Assembly: GCA_964619725.1 (NCBI GenBank) | Contig: CAZUFC010000114.1 | Coordinates: forward strand, 1 to 25,192 | Reading direction: 5' to 3' | Length of the DNA stretch: 25,192 bases | Source of the DNA: an uncultured bacterium | GTDB taxonomy: Bacteria; CSSED10-310; CAZUFC01 | Part shown: one piece after another, positions 16,410-25,192 of the stretch | Position numbering within the stretch: position 1 is the stretch's first letter | Layout: every line of letters starts with the position of its first letter | The notes under the pieces: generated by a model | The model's input: the letters and a program-made list of their open reading frames with translations, nothing else | Database searches by the model: none | What the model was told of the DNA's origin: nothing | Position numbers and translations under genes: made by a program

Positions 16410-17772
16410 TGAATACGTTCTTATAGTCGATGATGAGAAAAGCATCCGGCAATCGCTTACGGGAATTTTCCGCGACGAAGGCTACGGAGCGCTCACCGCC
16501 GCTACCGGCGAAGAGGCCATTGAAATCGTCAGGGAAAATAAACCCGATCTGGTTCTATTGGATATCTGGCTTCCGGACGTTGATGGAATCAAAACTATTG
16601 AAAAAATGAAAAAAATCCATCCGGATATCGAAATCATCATGATCTCAGGACACGCCACAATTGAAACGGCTGTCAAATCCACCAAATTGGGCGCCTATGA
16701 TTTTCTCGAAAAACCTCTATCCATGGATCGAGTGCTGCTGGCCGCCAGGAGAGCGCTTGAACATAGCCGGTTAAGCAAAGAATACCGGTCGCTCAAAGAC
16801 AGTATGGAGCTCAAATACAAAATAGTAGGCAAAAGCAAAGATATGAAAGCCCTGCTGAATTCAATCGATAAAAGCGCTCCCACCAACGGTCGCGTCCTGA
16901 TCTCAGGCGAAAGCGGCACGGGAAAGGAATTAATTGCCCGCGCCATCCACGGAAAAAGCAATCGAGCCGACCACAGTTTCATCGAAGTTAATTGCGCTGC
17001 TATTCCAGAAGACTTGATCGAAAGCGAATTGTTCGGGCATGAAAAAGGCTCCTTTACCGGCGCTCTCTCCAGAAAAAAAGGTAAATTCGAAATCGCGCAC
17101 CAGGGAACAATGTTTCTCGACGAAATTGGAGATATGAGTTTAAAAACTCAAGCTAAAGTTCTCAGAGTCCTTGAAGAACAAAAATTTGAAAGAATCGGCG
17201 GCGTAACTACCATTCCGGTCGACGTCCGAGTCATAGCCGCTTCTAATAAAAAACTTCCCGATCTCATAAAACAAGGAAAATTCCGCGAAGACCTCTATTA
17301 TCGACTTAACGTCATACCCATACAAATTCCGCCGCTCAGAGACCGTCCGGAAGATATTCCCATTCTTGCCGACCATTTCCTTACACTTTTCTCAAAAGAA
17401 TACGGAAAACGCAAAAAAAACATCTCACCTCTGGCGTTGGAACTACTCTCTCTTTACCACTGGCCCGGAAACGTCAGAGAATTGAAAAACGTTATTGAAC
17501 GACTGGTGATCATGTGCTCAGATCAAATCATTCAAGCTGATGAAATCGAACTCCCCGTTATCGATAAAAAGAAAAATGTCACCGCTGACCGCATCGAACC
17601 CTTCCAGGAAGCTAAATCCCTTAAAAAAGCCAGAGAAGTTTTTGAAAAAGAGTTCATAGAAAAACAACTGCAATTGAACGAATGGAACGTGACGAAAACT
17701 GCTGAAAAACTGAAAATAGAAAGAAGCAACCTGCACAGAAAAATAAAATATTATGGATTATCTCAATCATGA
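16402..17772 (+). CDS. ntrX: NtrX/NtrC-family sigma54-dependent response regulator
   Basis: Receiver (VDDE, LLDIW), Walker A GESGTGKE, ESELFGHEKGSFTGA, C-terminal Fis-type HTH; ATG at 16402 overlaps the ntrY stop. Confidence 0.92.
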   Translation: MFNEYVLIVDDEKSIRQSLTGIFRDEGYGALTAATGEEAIEIVRENKPDLVLLDIWLPDVDGIKTIEKMKKIHPDIEIIMISGHATIETAVKSTKLGAYDFLEKPLSMDRVLLAARRALEHSRLSKEYRSLKDSMELKYKIVGKSKDMKALLNSIDKSAPTNGRVLISGESGTGKELIARAIHGKSNRADHSFIEVNCAAIPEDLIESELFGHEKGSFTGALSRKKGKFEIAHQGTMFLDEIGDMSLKTQAKVLRVLEEQKFERIGGVTTIPVDVRVIAASNKKLPDLIKQGKFREDLYYRLNVIPIQIPPLRDRPEDIPILADHFLTLFSKEYGKRKKNISPLALELLSLYHWPGNVRELKNVIERLVIMCSDQIIQADEIELPVIDKKKNVTADRIEPFQEAKSLKKAREVFEKEFIEKQLQLNEWNVTKTAEKLKIERSNLHRKIKYYGLSQS

Positions 17773-18014
17773 AACTCGCCTTGATTGTTCATATCGCCAA
17801 ATTCGGCAGTGACCGTTCGTAAACAGAGCTTATCACTCATAAGGCTTCATGCTTCGGATCGGCTCCTTTTTTCAATTATTTTTCCTGCTCCGCCGGATGA
17901 TCGGGAAGTATGTAATTCTTTCCACAACAAGTTACATTTTGAAACACTTTTTCTTGGGGGTGGGGGGATGTCCGAATGGTTCGCAAATAATTGTTTTTCT
18001 GATGTTAAAGAGAA

Positions 18015-18031
18015 CGGGCATGGATTTTGCT
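18015..18031 (+). promoter_or_regulatory. Putative sigma54 -24/-12 promoter upstream of the pilin operon
   Basis: cgGGCATGGATTTTGCT: GG-N10-GC, close to the consensus YTGGCACGrNNNTTGCW. Confidence 0.5.
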
Positions 18032-18085
18032 GGATATTAGCGGGGTTCGACGTCTTGGAATTGCGTTCATAACCCATATGGATAA

Positions 18086-18114
18086 TTGACACGGCTTGAA
18101 CTGTTTTGTAGAGT
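18086..18114 (+). promoter_or_regulatory. Putative sigma70 promoter upstream of the pilin operon
   Basis: TTGACA (18086-18091), 17 nt spacer, TAGAGT (18109-18114). Confidence 0.45.
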
Positions 18115-18173
18115 ATAAACGGAAGGAGAAATTAAGTCGTTGAAATAAATATTCAAGGAAGTCGGTAATTGTT

Positions 18174-18923
18174 ATGGCTAAAAAAACAAAAAGCAAAAAA
18201 ATTCAAGGATTTACGGTGCTGGAACTTCTTTTGGTGGCATCAATCATTGGGGTTCTGGCGACAATTTCATATGCGGCCTGGTATAGTTATTATCCGATAT
18301 TCCGTTTGGACCAGGCGGCTTCTCAGATCGCGGCGGATTTAAATTGGGCGGCCTATCAGGCGGCGAGTCGTCAGAACAACTGGATGGCTTTTATAATTTA
18401 TCCCAGGGCTAGCGCTCCCGGCGTTCAATCAGTCGATCTGAAGCTATACGATCAATCGCCTTATGAAAACGCCTCCTATTGGGTTCCGGTGAACAGCTAT
18501 CTCTTGATCAATGATGACGGGTGGCTGGGAACGGCTCAAGACGGAATAAGGCGTTATAAGCTGGGATCGCCGGATTTTTTCTGGCCGAACAGGAATTCGG
18601 GCCAATTCGATCTCAATGAGCTTTCCCGTGGTCCTATTCGTTTAGGCAAGGGATTGCGTTACATAAGGGGAGCGGTGACTTCGCCGGGCGGTCCATATTA
18701 TAATCCTCAACTGATAATTTTTTATCCGAATCGGACGGTGTCATGCAAAGATTTCAGAGCTCATCCCCATATGAGACCGAGAACGAGCGGAGTATTTTGG
18801 CTGGGGGATCAGTATTATGTTTCGGGCGACGCAAGCGAAGACAACAAAGTGCACTTACGTGAAATTAATATTCGGAACAATGCGAAAGTAACGGTATCGA
18901 GGTCGCCTTCGTTCGTCCCCTGA
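18174..18923 (+). CDS. Prepilin-type protein, FimT/FimU/GspH-like minor pilin
   Basis: Basic leader, G|FTVLELL cleavage motif with E5, RLDQAASQIAADL...A helix; first gene of the operon. Confidence 0.8.
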   Translation: MAKKTKSKKIQGFTVLELLLVASIIGVLATISYAAWYSYYPIFRLDQAASQIAADLNWAAYQAASRQNNWMAFIIYPRASAPGVQSVDLKLYDQSPYENASYWVPVNSYLLINDDGWLGTAQDGIRRYKLGSPDFFWPNRNSGQFDLNELSRGPIRLGKGLRYIRGAVTSPGGPYYNPQLIIFYPNRTVSCKDFRAHPHMRPRTSGVFWLGDQYYVSGDASEDNKVHLREINIRNNAKVTVSRSPSFVP

Positions 18924-18963
18924 TGAGGAGATTGAAGAGTATATCATTCTGAAGGAGTTATTT

Positions 18964-19419
18964 ATGAAATTAAAATATTTTAATAAAAGACAGGAAGGAT
19001 TCAGTCTTCTTGAGTTACTATTTGCGCTAACCATAATGGCGACGGGGATGCTGGCTTTAGCCACGGCTTTTCCTTCCAGTTATTTGAGGGTTGAGGAGGC
19101 CGACAGCCGTGAGAATGCGGCTCGACTGGCGCAAACCGTTTTAGAAACGGCCAAAACCGTGAGGTTCGACAAGTTGAATGCTGCGTTTGAGGCGGAATAT
19201 ACCGATGATGTCGACGTGAACCAGGATGATGATGCCCTGGGCGGCTCTGATTATGAGTATCGCATCGTTGAAATTTTAGATGATCAGCCCTGCGTTGGGA
19301 TGAAAACGGTGAGAGTGCGGGTACGGTGGCTGAGGTTGCCGCTGACTGATCAGAACAATGATACGGTGGCTGATGCTTCTGAAACTGAACTGGTATTATT
19401 TTTTGATGAAATATTTTAG
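18964..19419 (+). CDS. Prepilin-type protein, PilV/GspI-like minor pilin
   Basis: G|FSLLELLFALTIMATGMLAL, A.RLAQ..LE, KTVRVRVRW. Confidence 0.85.
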   Translation: MKLKYFNKRQEGFSLLELLFALTIMATGMLALATAFPSSYLRVEEADSRENAARLAQTVLETAKTVRFDKLNAAFEAEYTDDVDVNQDDDALGGSDYEYRIVEILDDQPCVGMKTVRVRVRWLRLPLTDQNNDTVADASETELVLFFDEIF

Positions 19420-19460
19420 AAAAGGCATTAGATTTTCAAATTTAAAGGGAGGACGTTAAA

Positions 19461-22400
19461 TTGAGAAAGCATATAAAAAGCCTGAAAAGCAGAAAGGGAT
19501 TTACTCTGATCGAGTTATTGGTATCAATAATGGTGTTTTCATTAGTTATGTCCATTATTTATTCGTTGTTTCTTACGACGAAAAAGGATGTAAGGACAGA
19601 GGTGAATCTGACGGAGGCTCGCGAAAATGCCCGAATAGCATTGGATGCATTGAAACGAGACATCGCCCGCATGGGACTGAATGTAGATCGCGAGCCGGGA
19701 GGCGCTGCGGCTTATGAACAGCCGATGTTTGTTTACGGCGATCCCTATCAGATCATCTTCAATGCTGATATTGACAACGATTTAGCGCAATATCCGACTT
19801 ATTCGGAATCTGACGTCCTGGGGCCGGTAGACCCCCGGGCGAGCGCTCCGCCGCGGCTTAACGTGCTGCAAAACAGTTCGCATGAGCCGGGAAGCGTTAT
19901 AGCGGCGTCTTATCCTCAATTTTGGAATCAGATTTGGGGCGAAGCGAGGGGAAATGAGATGCAAGGCGCTGAACTGCTGCGTTATTCGCTGGACTTCGTA
20001 GGCAACGGGACTATAGCAGGACTTAATCAGAACAATGAGGATTCGGTATTCATTCATACGGGTTTGAACAGAACGGTCAATCCTTATGATTTTTATCTAG
20101 TTCGAGAAATTTGGGGATCGCGTATAGTGAATGGAGCGCGTCAAAATTATTACAACGGTTCGGAATTCAGTCCGCCGCGCCCCCATATCGTCGCCACGAA
20201 TATAAGGGCTTTCGACTACAATTTTTCTGACTTTTACAGGTTTCCCAACGGCGAAATTCCCTATCCGATATTCACCTACTGGGGGCATTTCGAGGACGAT
20301 CCGCGAGATGATGACGATCCTCCCGAAGAGCCTGATGAAGTAGTTGAAAAATTGGACCTTTGGGGTGATCTTGATGACAGCGGCGATTTGAATTCAACTG
20401 AAATAATGCAGATGCTGACGAACGGCGGACCTTATTCCCGGGCCTTGCAGTATGCGTCTGAGGTGAATCCTTTGACCGGCGAATGGAATGACCGAAACGG
20501 CAATGGAGTGAAGGATTACAACATCGACAACGTGTTGCGTAGAGTGGTCGTTTCCATAACGACGGAGACAGGCAGCCGTGATCTGCAGAATCCGAATCAG
20601 AAATATGTACAAAGCGGAGAAGATTATTGGTTTCACGAAGTCAAGATGGCTGAATCGGTTGCGCTGAGGAACCTGGAGCTGATCAAGACGGAAGGCAGCA
20701 TTCAGCCTCTTCCCACCAGTTCTCCCATGCCCACTTCGTTTGACTCCACCGGAACTCCAGTACCCACTGCGCACACAGAAACACCTACTCCCACTCCGAC
20801 TCTCACACCCTCTCCTCCAGGCATAACGCCGACATTCACCCCTGACACCGCTCCTACATTCCCGGATTACTTGAATCTTTCTGAAGTTATCGTAGGCAGC
20901 GGGAATTTGACGAAAGGTCCTGACAAGGTTGAGGCGTTTTTTGTTTGCGGATACGGTGTTGGGTTATGTCCTGACGCATTTGAAGACGGACGGTGGCAGC
21001 TCCCGGGCCGAGTGCTTCTTTCCGGCGAACCGCAAGGCGAACCGGTCAATTCTCCAGCCATATCCGGAGAAATCGTCAAAATTATAACCGGCGATCTGAA
21101 AGGCGACTACGACTATCGTTATGATGCCGTCGTCGTTACTGATGCTTCGGACCCCGGTTCTCCGTTCGACGAAGTCTATAACTTATATTTGTTTTCAAAT
21201 GAGGAACCCGATAATGAAAGCGGGGGACTTCGATTTGTTTGCAATCATACTGAGACCTTCAGGCGCGCAGCGTTCATTGAATCCAGGCTTCCCGATCCCT
21301 CGGACCCTTCCTCTACCGTTCCTGCAAAAATCGTCTCAGTCGCTCTGGGCGACGTCCTTCCCGAAAAAACCCACTTTGATCCTTACAACGAGATCATCAT
21401 TGGAATGAATCCCGTTAATCCTCTTGATTACCGCTGCTCAATCATTACGATAGACCTTGCCACAATGATCGGCGACCCTGCCGGTTTCGTAATACAGAGA
21501 ATAGCGGAAGACAACAGCTTCATTATTGAAGGGCACAGGCTGGTTGATTTCAAAGTAGGTCCTTACTATCCCTCTTCTATGCATGACTATCGCCATGATC
21601 TTATGGTAGCATTAAGACCCGATCCTTTCGCACCACCGGCGAATCCCAGCGACGTCAGATTCTATTACGCGGCAACTCCTTTGCCTATTACTCCGACCCC
21701 CGGTCCCCAACCTCATAACAATTTCGTGGAACTCGAAAACGCCACGATTAAGCTGTCCGAACTTTTGAATTATGAGACGGGAGATTACATCACGGCCATT
21801 GATACCGGCTCGCTTTTTACCTATGACATCATCCACGATTTCGTCGTCGGCACTACTAAAAACATTCACTTTTTAAGAAATTTCAACCTTGACTCAACTC
21901 CGCCCCTGGAAAATCATAACCAGGCCGTCAGTTCAAGAGTCGTCGAACTTAAAATCGCACGTTTCTTTTTCCCGATCATGGACCCCATCTATGATGTTTT
22001 TGCGCTTACTGCAGAAACCAACGCCGACAAGTCCAACTTCTTTCAGTTCTTCGGGACAAGCGGAATGATTACTCTCGACAATTCCATTTTCCTTTCCAAC
22101 TATCCCGCTACGATTGAAATCGGCGAAATGAACCTGGGCTCCGGGGAATTCCCTTATGATCTTGTGGTCGGTCACTCCAATCCGGTACCCGGCTCCGGTT
22201 GTCAGTTCAATCCCGGGTATCCTCGCTACAAAGCCAGCATCTTTCTCGGTTCTCAACCTGAACCTTTACATTACATTATAACCAACCTGGAACATGATTA
22301 TCTGAAATGTCCCTTTTACGGACCTATCCGCGACATCGCCATCGCTCAACAGTTGTATCGTTCTCAGCATCCGGATCGCGGTTCTGACGGATCGAATGCC

Positions 22401-22523
22401 GAAGGAGGCAAGAACAAAAAAGGATCGCTTCAAGGAACAAAATCCGGTGATGATAGCTCATCAAGCAAACGACGCGGCGACGTCAAGGAAGACAAAATTC
22501 AGAGACCCATTGTTGTTCGATAG
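19461..22523 (+). CDS. Giant PilW/GspJ-like minor pilin (1020 aa) with Pro/Thr linker and C-terminal FG-GAP-like beta-propeller
   Basis: G|FTLIELLVS, ENARIALDALKRDIARMG (PilW-type helix), RRVVVSIT...VALRN end of the pilin domain, PT-rich linker, repeated blades; GGAGG RBS with TTG start. Confidence 0.85.
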   Translation: MRKHIKSLKSRKGFTLIELLVSIMVFSLVMSIIYSLFLTTKKDVRTEVNLTEARENARIALDALKRDIARMGLNVDREPGGAAAYEQPMFVYGDPYQIIFNADIDNDLAQYPTYSESDVLGPVDPRASAPPRLNVLQNSSHEPGSVIAASYPQFWNQIWGEARGNEMQGAELLRYSLDFVGNGTIAGLNQNNEDSVFIHTGLNRTVNPYDFYLVREIWGSRIVNGARQNYYNGSEFSPPRPHIVATNIRAFDYNFSDFYRFPNGEIPYPIFTYWGHFEDDPRDDDDPPEEPDEVVEKLDLWGDLDDSGDLNSTEIMQMLTNGGPYSRALQYASEVNPLTGEWNDRNGNGVKDYNIDNVLRRVVVSITTETGSRDLQNPNQKYVQSGEDYWFHEVKMAESVALRNLELIKTEGSIQPLPTSSPMPTSFDSTGTPVPTAHTETPTPTPTLTPSPPGITPTFTPDTAPTFPDYLNLSEVIVGSGNLTKGPDKVEAFFVCGYGVGLCPDAFEDGRWQLPGRVLLSGEPQGEPVNSPAISGEIVKIITGDLKGDYDYRYDAVVVTDASDPGSPFDEVYNLYLFSNEEPDNESGGLRFVCNHTETFRRAAFIESRLPDPSDPSSTVPAKIVSVALGDVLPEKTHFDPYNEIIIGMNPVNPLDYRCSIITIDLATMIGDPAGFVIQRIAEDNSFIIEGHRLVDFKVGPYYPSSMHDYRHDLMVALRPDPFAPPANPSDVRFYYAATPLPITPTPGPQPHNNFVELENATIKLSELLNYETGDYITAIDTGSLFTYDIIHDFVVGTTKNIHFLRNFNLDSTPPLENHNQAVSSRVVELKIARFFFPIMDPIYDVFALTAETNADKSNFFQFFGTSGMITLDNSIFLSNYPATIEIGEMNLGSGEFPYDLVVGHSNPVPGSGCQFNPGYPRYKASIFLGSQPEPLHYIITNLEHDYLKCPFYGPIRDIAIAQQLYRSQHPDRGSDGSNAEGGKNKKGSLQGTKSGDDSSSSKRRGDVKEDKIQRPIVVR

Positions 22524-22540
22524 ATGAAGCAGGTGAGGCA

Positions 22541-24892
22541 ATGATGATACGGAAGAAATTAAAGCATATTTTTCAAAAGTTGAAACATGGTGATCCGGGG
22601 AAGCGAAACAGCGGTTTTGCACTGGTCGCTATTCTCCTGATATTGGTTTTAATGACTGCCCTCGGTACAGGCTATATTATGAGTACAAGCCTGGAAACTC
22701 AGATGGCCAGAACTGAACATGATGCTCTCGTGGCGGCTTACGTCTCCGAATCAGGACTGGCATACGCCATAAATCGAATCAGAAGAGCCAACTGGCTGAA
22801 AGACATAGATGCTGACCACGGGCCGGGAGGAACCTATAAACAGGCGCTTGATCATGTCGGACATTACACTCACGAGCCGAATCATCCTGATTTTCCTGAA
22901 AACTCTCATTTACCTGAAAACATTATGGATTTCGGCTTCAACGACGGGCAATGCACTTCTGAAGACGGCTGTATGCACGAGCTGCCTGTGAACACTTTGT
23001 TTCAGGTTTGGGCAGAGCCGGCCAATCCCGGAGAGGAGAACTTTTTGGACGCTCCTATTAAAGCGTTATATTCTATCGGTTTTTGCGACATGATTTCGCA
23101 CACGACCAGAGTTCTTTTTCGCCCGTTGCCTGATTTTCTTGATTTCGCCGTTGCGGCAGATCGTTATATTTCTTTGCATGCTGACGCAGCCGTAAATCAA
23201 ACGATCGTCGGAGGGGTATGGAGCAATGGTGAAATAAGTCAGTCATACGGCGTAAAGATAATGACGGACAAAGACGGACCCGACGATTTTGAAGGAAAAA
23301 ATCCGATCACAGGCGTCAATGACGATCAATATGTAGCCTCAGTAGGTCACGCCAGGCTTGGAGGTTTTGTTGATGGAGACGTTTATGCAAGTTCCGCGGA
23401 TAATCATCAGCCTATTTTCAGGGAGGCCGATCCCTATGAAGAAAACACGGACCGAACTGAAATAGGTCACGTAACCGGATGGCTTTATCTGAGACCTTCC
23501 ATAGAACCTAAGGAGGGGCCGAGATACAGCGGATATAAAGACAATTGGGAAGACATTTATGAATATGCCGAGGTTTGGGGTCCAGGATTCACGGAGCGAA
23601 CCAACCCGATTTGTTATTGCGCTTCTCTGATCGACCACAAACGGGACCGTTCCTATTTTGAATACCAGGATATTTTCACATTCGAAGATTGTATGGATAT
23701 CGGCAGAACTCCTACCATAACTCCTTCAGCGCATACGAATACCCATACTCCTACTTTTACTCCAACTCCTATGATTACCGGAACGCCTCCACCGACCAGA
23801 ACGTTCACCAACACCCCTACGTCAACCCCGACGTTCATCTGCAACAACCCGGCCTGGCTTGATGATGGACATTGGTCACGTTATTGCGGAAGGGCGGAAG
23901 AAGATTGTAACGTCGCCGCAGCTTTTTGCCCGGGATACTTTATTCAGCACCCCTACAAGACATGGCCGAATCCGCTGCTTTGCAATTTCGACGAAGGTAT
24001 CGACAATACGCATTATGACATTCAACCGGCGGACGGCGAATACCTGGAGAATCCTCCTGAAGGCAACTGCCTTACGAAAAAGCACATCGTCGGCTATTTC
24101 AACTTTGATTACTACAAACAACTGGCCGGGACTTATGTAGATACCGGTTATCCTGACGGAATGGTTTTCAATGATTGGGGCGAATTCAACGACTATATCG
24201 AAAGCGCGGTCAACGGTAGTCCCCAATACGCGCGAATCGTAAAATACCACGGATGGGAATGGCGGCTCATTCTGGGCAATGAACTGCAAGAAGTTTACCC
24301 GGTTTTCTACATTGATGATCCCAGTGTGCCCGATTCTGACGAACCCTACGGCTGGATGAACTTGAAGCCCATTAACGATCAGTTGGACGGCGAAATCGAA
24401 CGCGTCTATATTCACGGCACGATCGTTACGACCGGCAGCTTAGACATTAGAGACATCGACAACCGATGGAGGCGGCCTGGAGCCAGGTATCGCACCGTCA
24501 GGGCAGATGTCCGCGATCCCACAGACGTCAGTGTTTGGGATGGTTGTAAACGGTTAATCATTGATTGTCAAAATTATGAACGTCCCGCCCTGGCGGCTAA
24601 AGGCGATATCTGGATTACACGCAGAAATTACTTCACCGATATCTTCGGCCTTGTTTATGCCGAAGGAAAAATTAAAATCTCCAATGATAACGTTGCCGGA
24701 CGCGTATGGGTCGGCAACCCCAATGATATGGTCATTTCCGGGGGCGCTGTTGTGGGAAGAGAATTGGAATTTAACGGTTTCTACTACATCGAATACGATC
24801 CTGAAGTCAAAAATCTTCTCGGCTGTATAGACCTCGATCCGAGACAAATTGAAATTGTCTCCATTGAAAAAAGCTTTTATTACAACTTCTGA
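22541..24892 (+). CDS. Large PilX/GspK-like minor pilin (783 aa) with internal Pro/Thr linker and Cys-rich segments
   Basis: G|FALVAILLILVLMTALG lacking E5, A.Y.SESGLAYA (PilX N-terminal motif), C-terminal GLVYAEGKIKIS...GAVVG...IEYDP. Confidence 0.82.
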   Translation: MMIRKKLKHIFQKLKHGDPGKRNSGFALVAILLILVLMTALGTGYIMSTSLETQMARTEHDALVAAYVSESGLAYAINRIRRANWLKDIDADHGPGGTYKQALDHVGHYTHEPNHPDFPENSHLPENIMDFGFNDGQCTSEDGCMHELPVNTLFQVWAEPANPGEENFLDAPIKALYSIGFCDMISHTTRVLFRPLPDFLDFAVAADRYISLHADAAVNQTIVGGVWSNGEISQSYGVKIMTDKDGPDDFEGKNPITGVNDDQYVASVGHARLGGFVDGDVYASSADNHQPIFREADPYEENTDRTEIGHVTGWLYLRPSIEPKEGPRYSGYKDNWEDIYEYAEVWGPGFTERTNPICYCASLIDHKRDRSYFEYQDIFTFEDCMDIGRTPTITPSAHTNTHTPTFTPTPMITGTPPPTRTFTNTPTSTPTFICNNPAWLDDGHWSRYCGRAEEDCNVAAAFCPGYFIQHPYKTWPNPLLCNFDEGIDNTHYDIQPADGEYLENPPEGNCLTKKHIVGYFNFDYYKQLAGTYVDTGYPDGMVFNDWGEFNDYIESAVNGSPQYARIVKYHGWEWRLILGNELQEVYPVFYIDDPSVPDSDEPYGWMNLKPINDQLDGEIERVYIHGTIVTTGSLDIRDIDNRWRRPGARYRTVRADVRDPTDVSVWDGCKRLIIDCQNYERPALAAKGDIWITRRNYFTDIFGLVYAEGKIKISNDNVAGRVWVGNPNDMVISGGAVVGRELEFNGFYYIEYDPEVKNLLGCIDLDPRQIEIVSIEKSFYYNF

Positions 24893-24906
24893 CAAACATC
24901 TGTCTC

Positions 24907-25192
24907 TCACGAATCTTTCGCCCGCTCCGTAAAACGTCTCTGGCGAATAACGGAGCGGGCGACGGATTCCCGCATTATTGAAAATTCGTCGCTGTCAGTC
25001 CCAAAGAATCCCTCATATCTAAAGCAGAACGGAAACATTATTCTTCTTTCGTAAAACAAACCCGAACAAATTAATTCCATACTCCATTCACCTTTTTTGT
25101 CCGCCTTTATTCTGTTCTGAATCTTCAAACAGACTCCACTGTATATTCTGGACCAAAGATGCCGGCGATTCCGGTTTAAAGATGCCGCCCAT
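24907..25192 (-). CDS. Possible 3' end of an unknown convergent gene truncated by the window
   Basis: The frame of ORF 24907..25128 stays open to the window end. A second minus frame is also open down to a TGA at 25088-25090, so the frame is ambiguous. Confidence 0.3.
   Translation of the reverse strand, partial: WAASLNRNRRHLWSRIYSGVCLKIQNRIKADKKGEWSMELICSGLFYERRIMFPFCFRYEGFFGTDSDEFSIMRESVARSVIRQRRFTERAKDS

Noticed and set aside
17785-18196. Several short ORFs between ntrX and the pilin operon
   Set aside because: Mutually overlapping, no RBS or motifs; better explained as a regulatory spacer
20703-20870. Pro/Thr tracts as a DNA tandem repeat or contingency locus
   Set aside because: Codons vary; the repetition is at protein level only
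22950-22980. CTSEDGCMH in the PilX-like protein as a heme c site
   Set aside because: Does not match CxxCH

Overview
Chromosomal housekeeping region from a diderm (lpxC-bearing) bacterium, probably a poorly characterised lineage. In order it holds: a tRNA-fMet/tRNA-Met pair, eno, a PC4-family ssDNA-binding protein, hup (HU), a ~180 bp palindromic MITE-like repeat, a translationally coupled tpiA-rpiB pair, an mraZ plus divergent ftsZ-like pair, a DUF2062 / GalU-like / HEAT-TPR membrane protein / lepB operon, an FmdB zinc ribbon, grpE, lpxC, DUF4390-ntrY-ntrX, and a four-gene type IV minor pilin operon (FimT/PilV/PilW/PilX-like). Four items stand out. (1) TpiA and RpiB carry the same small microcompartment-associated accessory domain. 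RpiB also has an encapsulation-peptide-like helix, Asp in place of the catalytic Cys, and a possible internal start, which suggests a satellite cargo locus of a sugar-phosphate microcompartment. (2) mraZ sits directly next to an FtsZ paralog with a degenerate GTP-binding signature but an intact T7 loop. (3) The GalU homolog looks like a pseudoenzyme. (4) The PilW- and PilX-like pilins are very large with Pro/Thr linkers, and PilW is fused to a 7-blade FG-GAP-like propeller. All family assignments are from motif recognition by eye; no searches were run.
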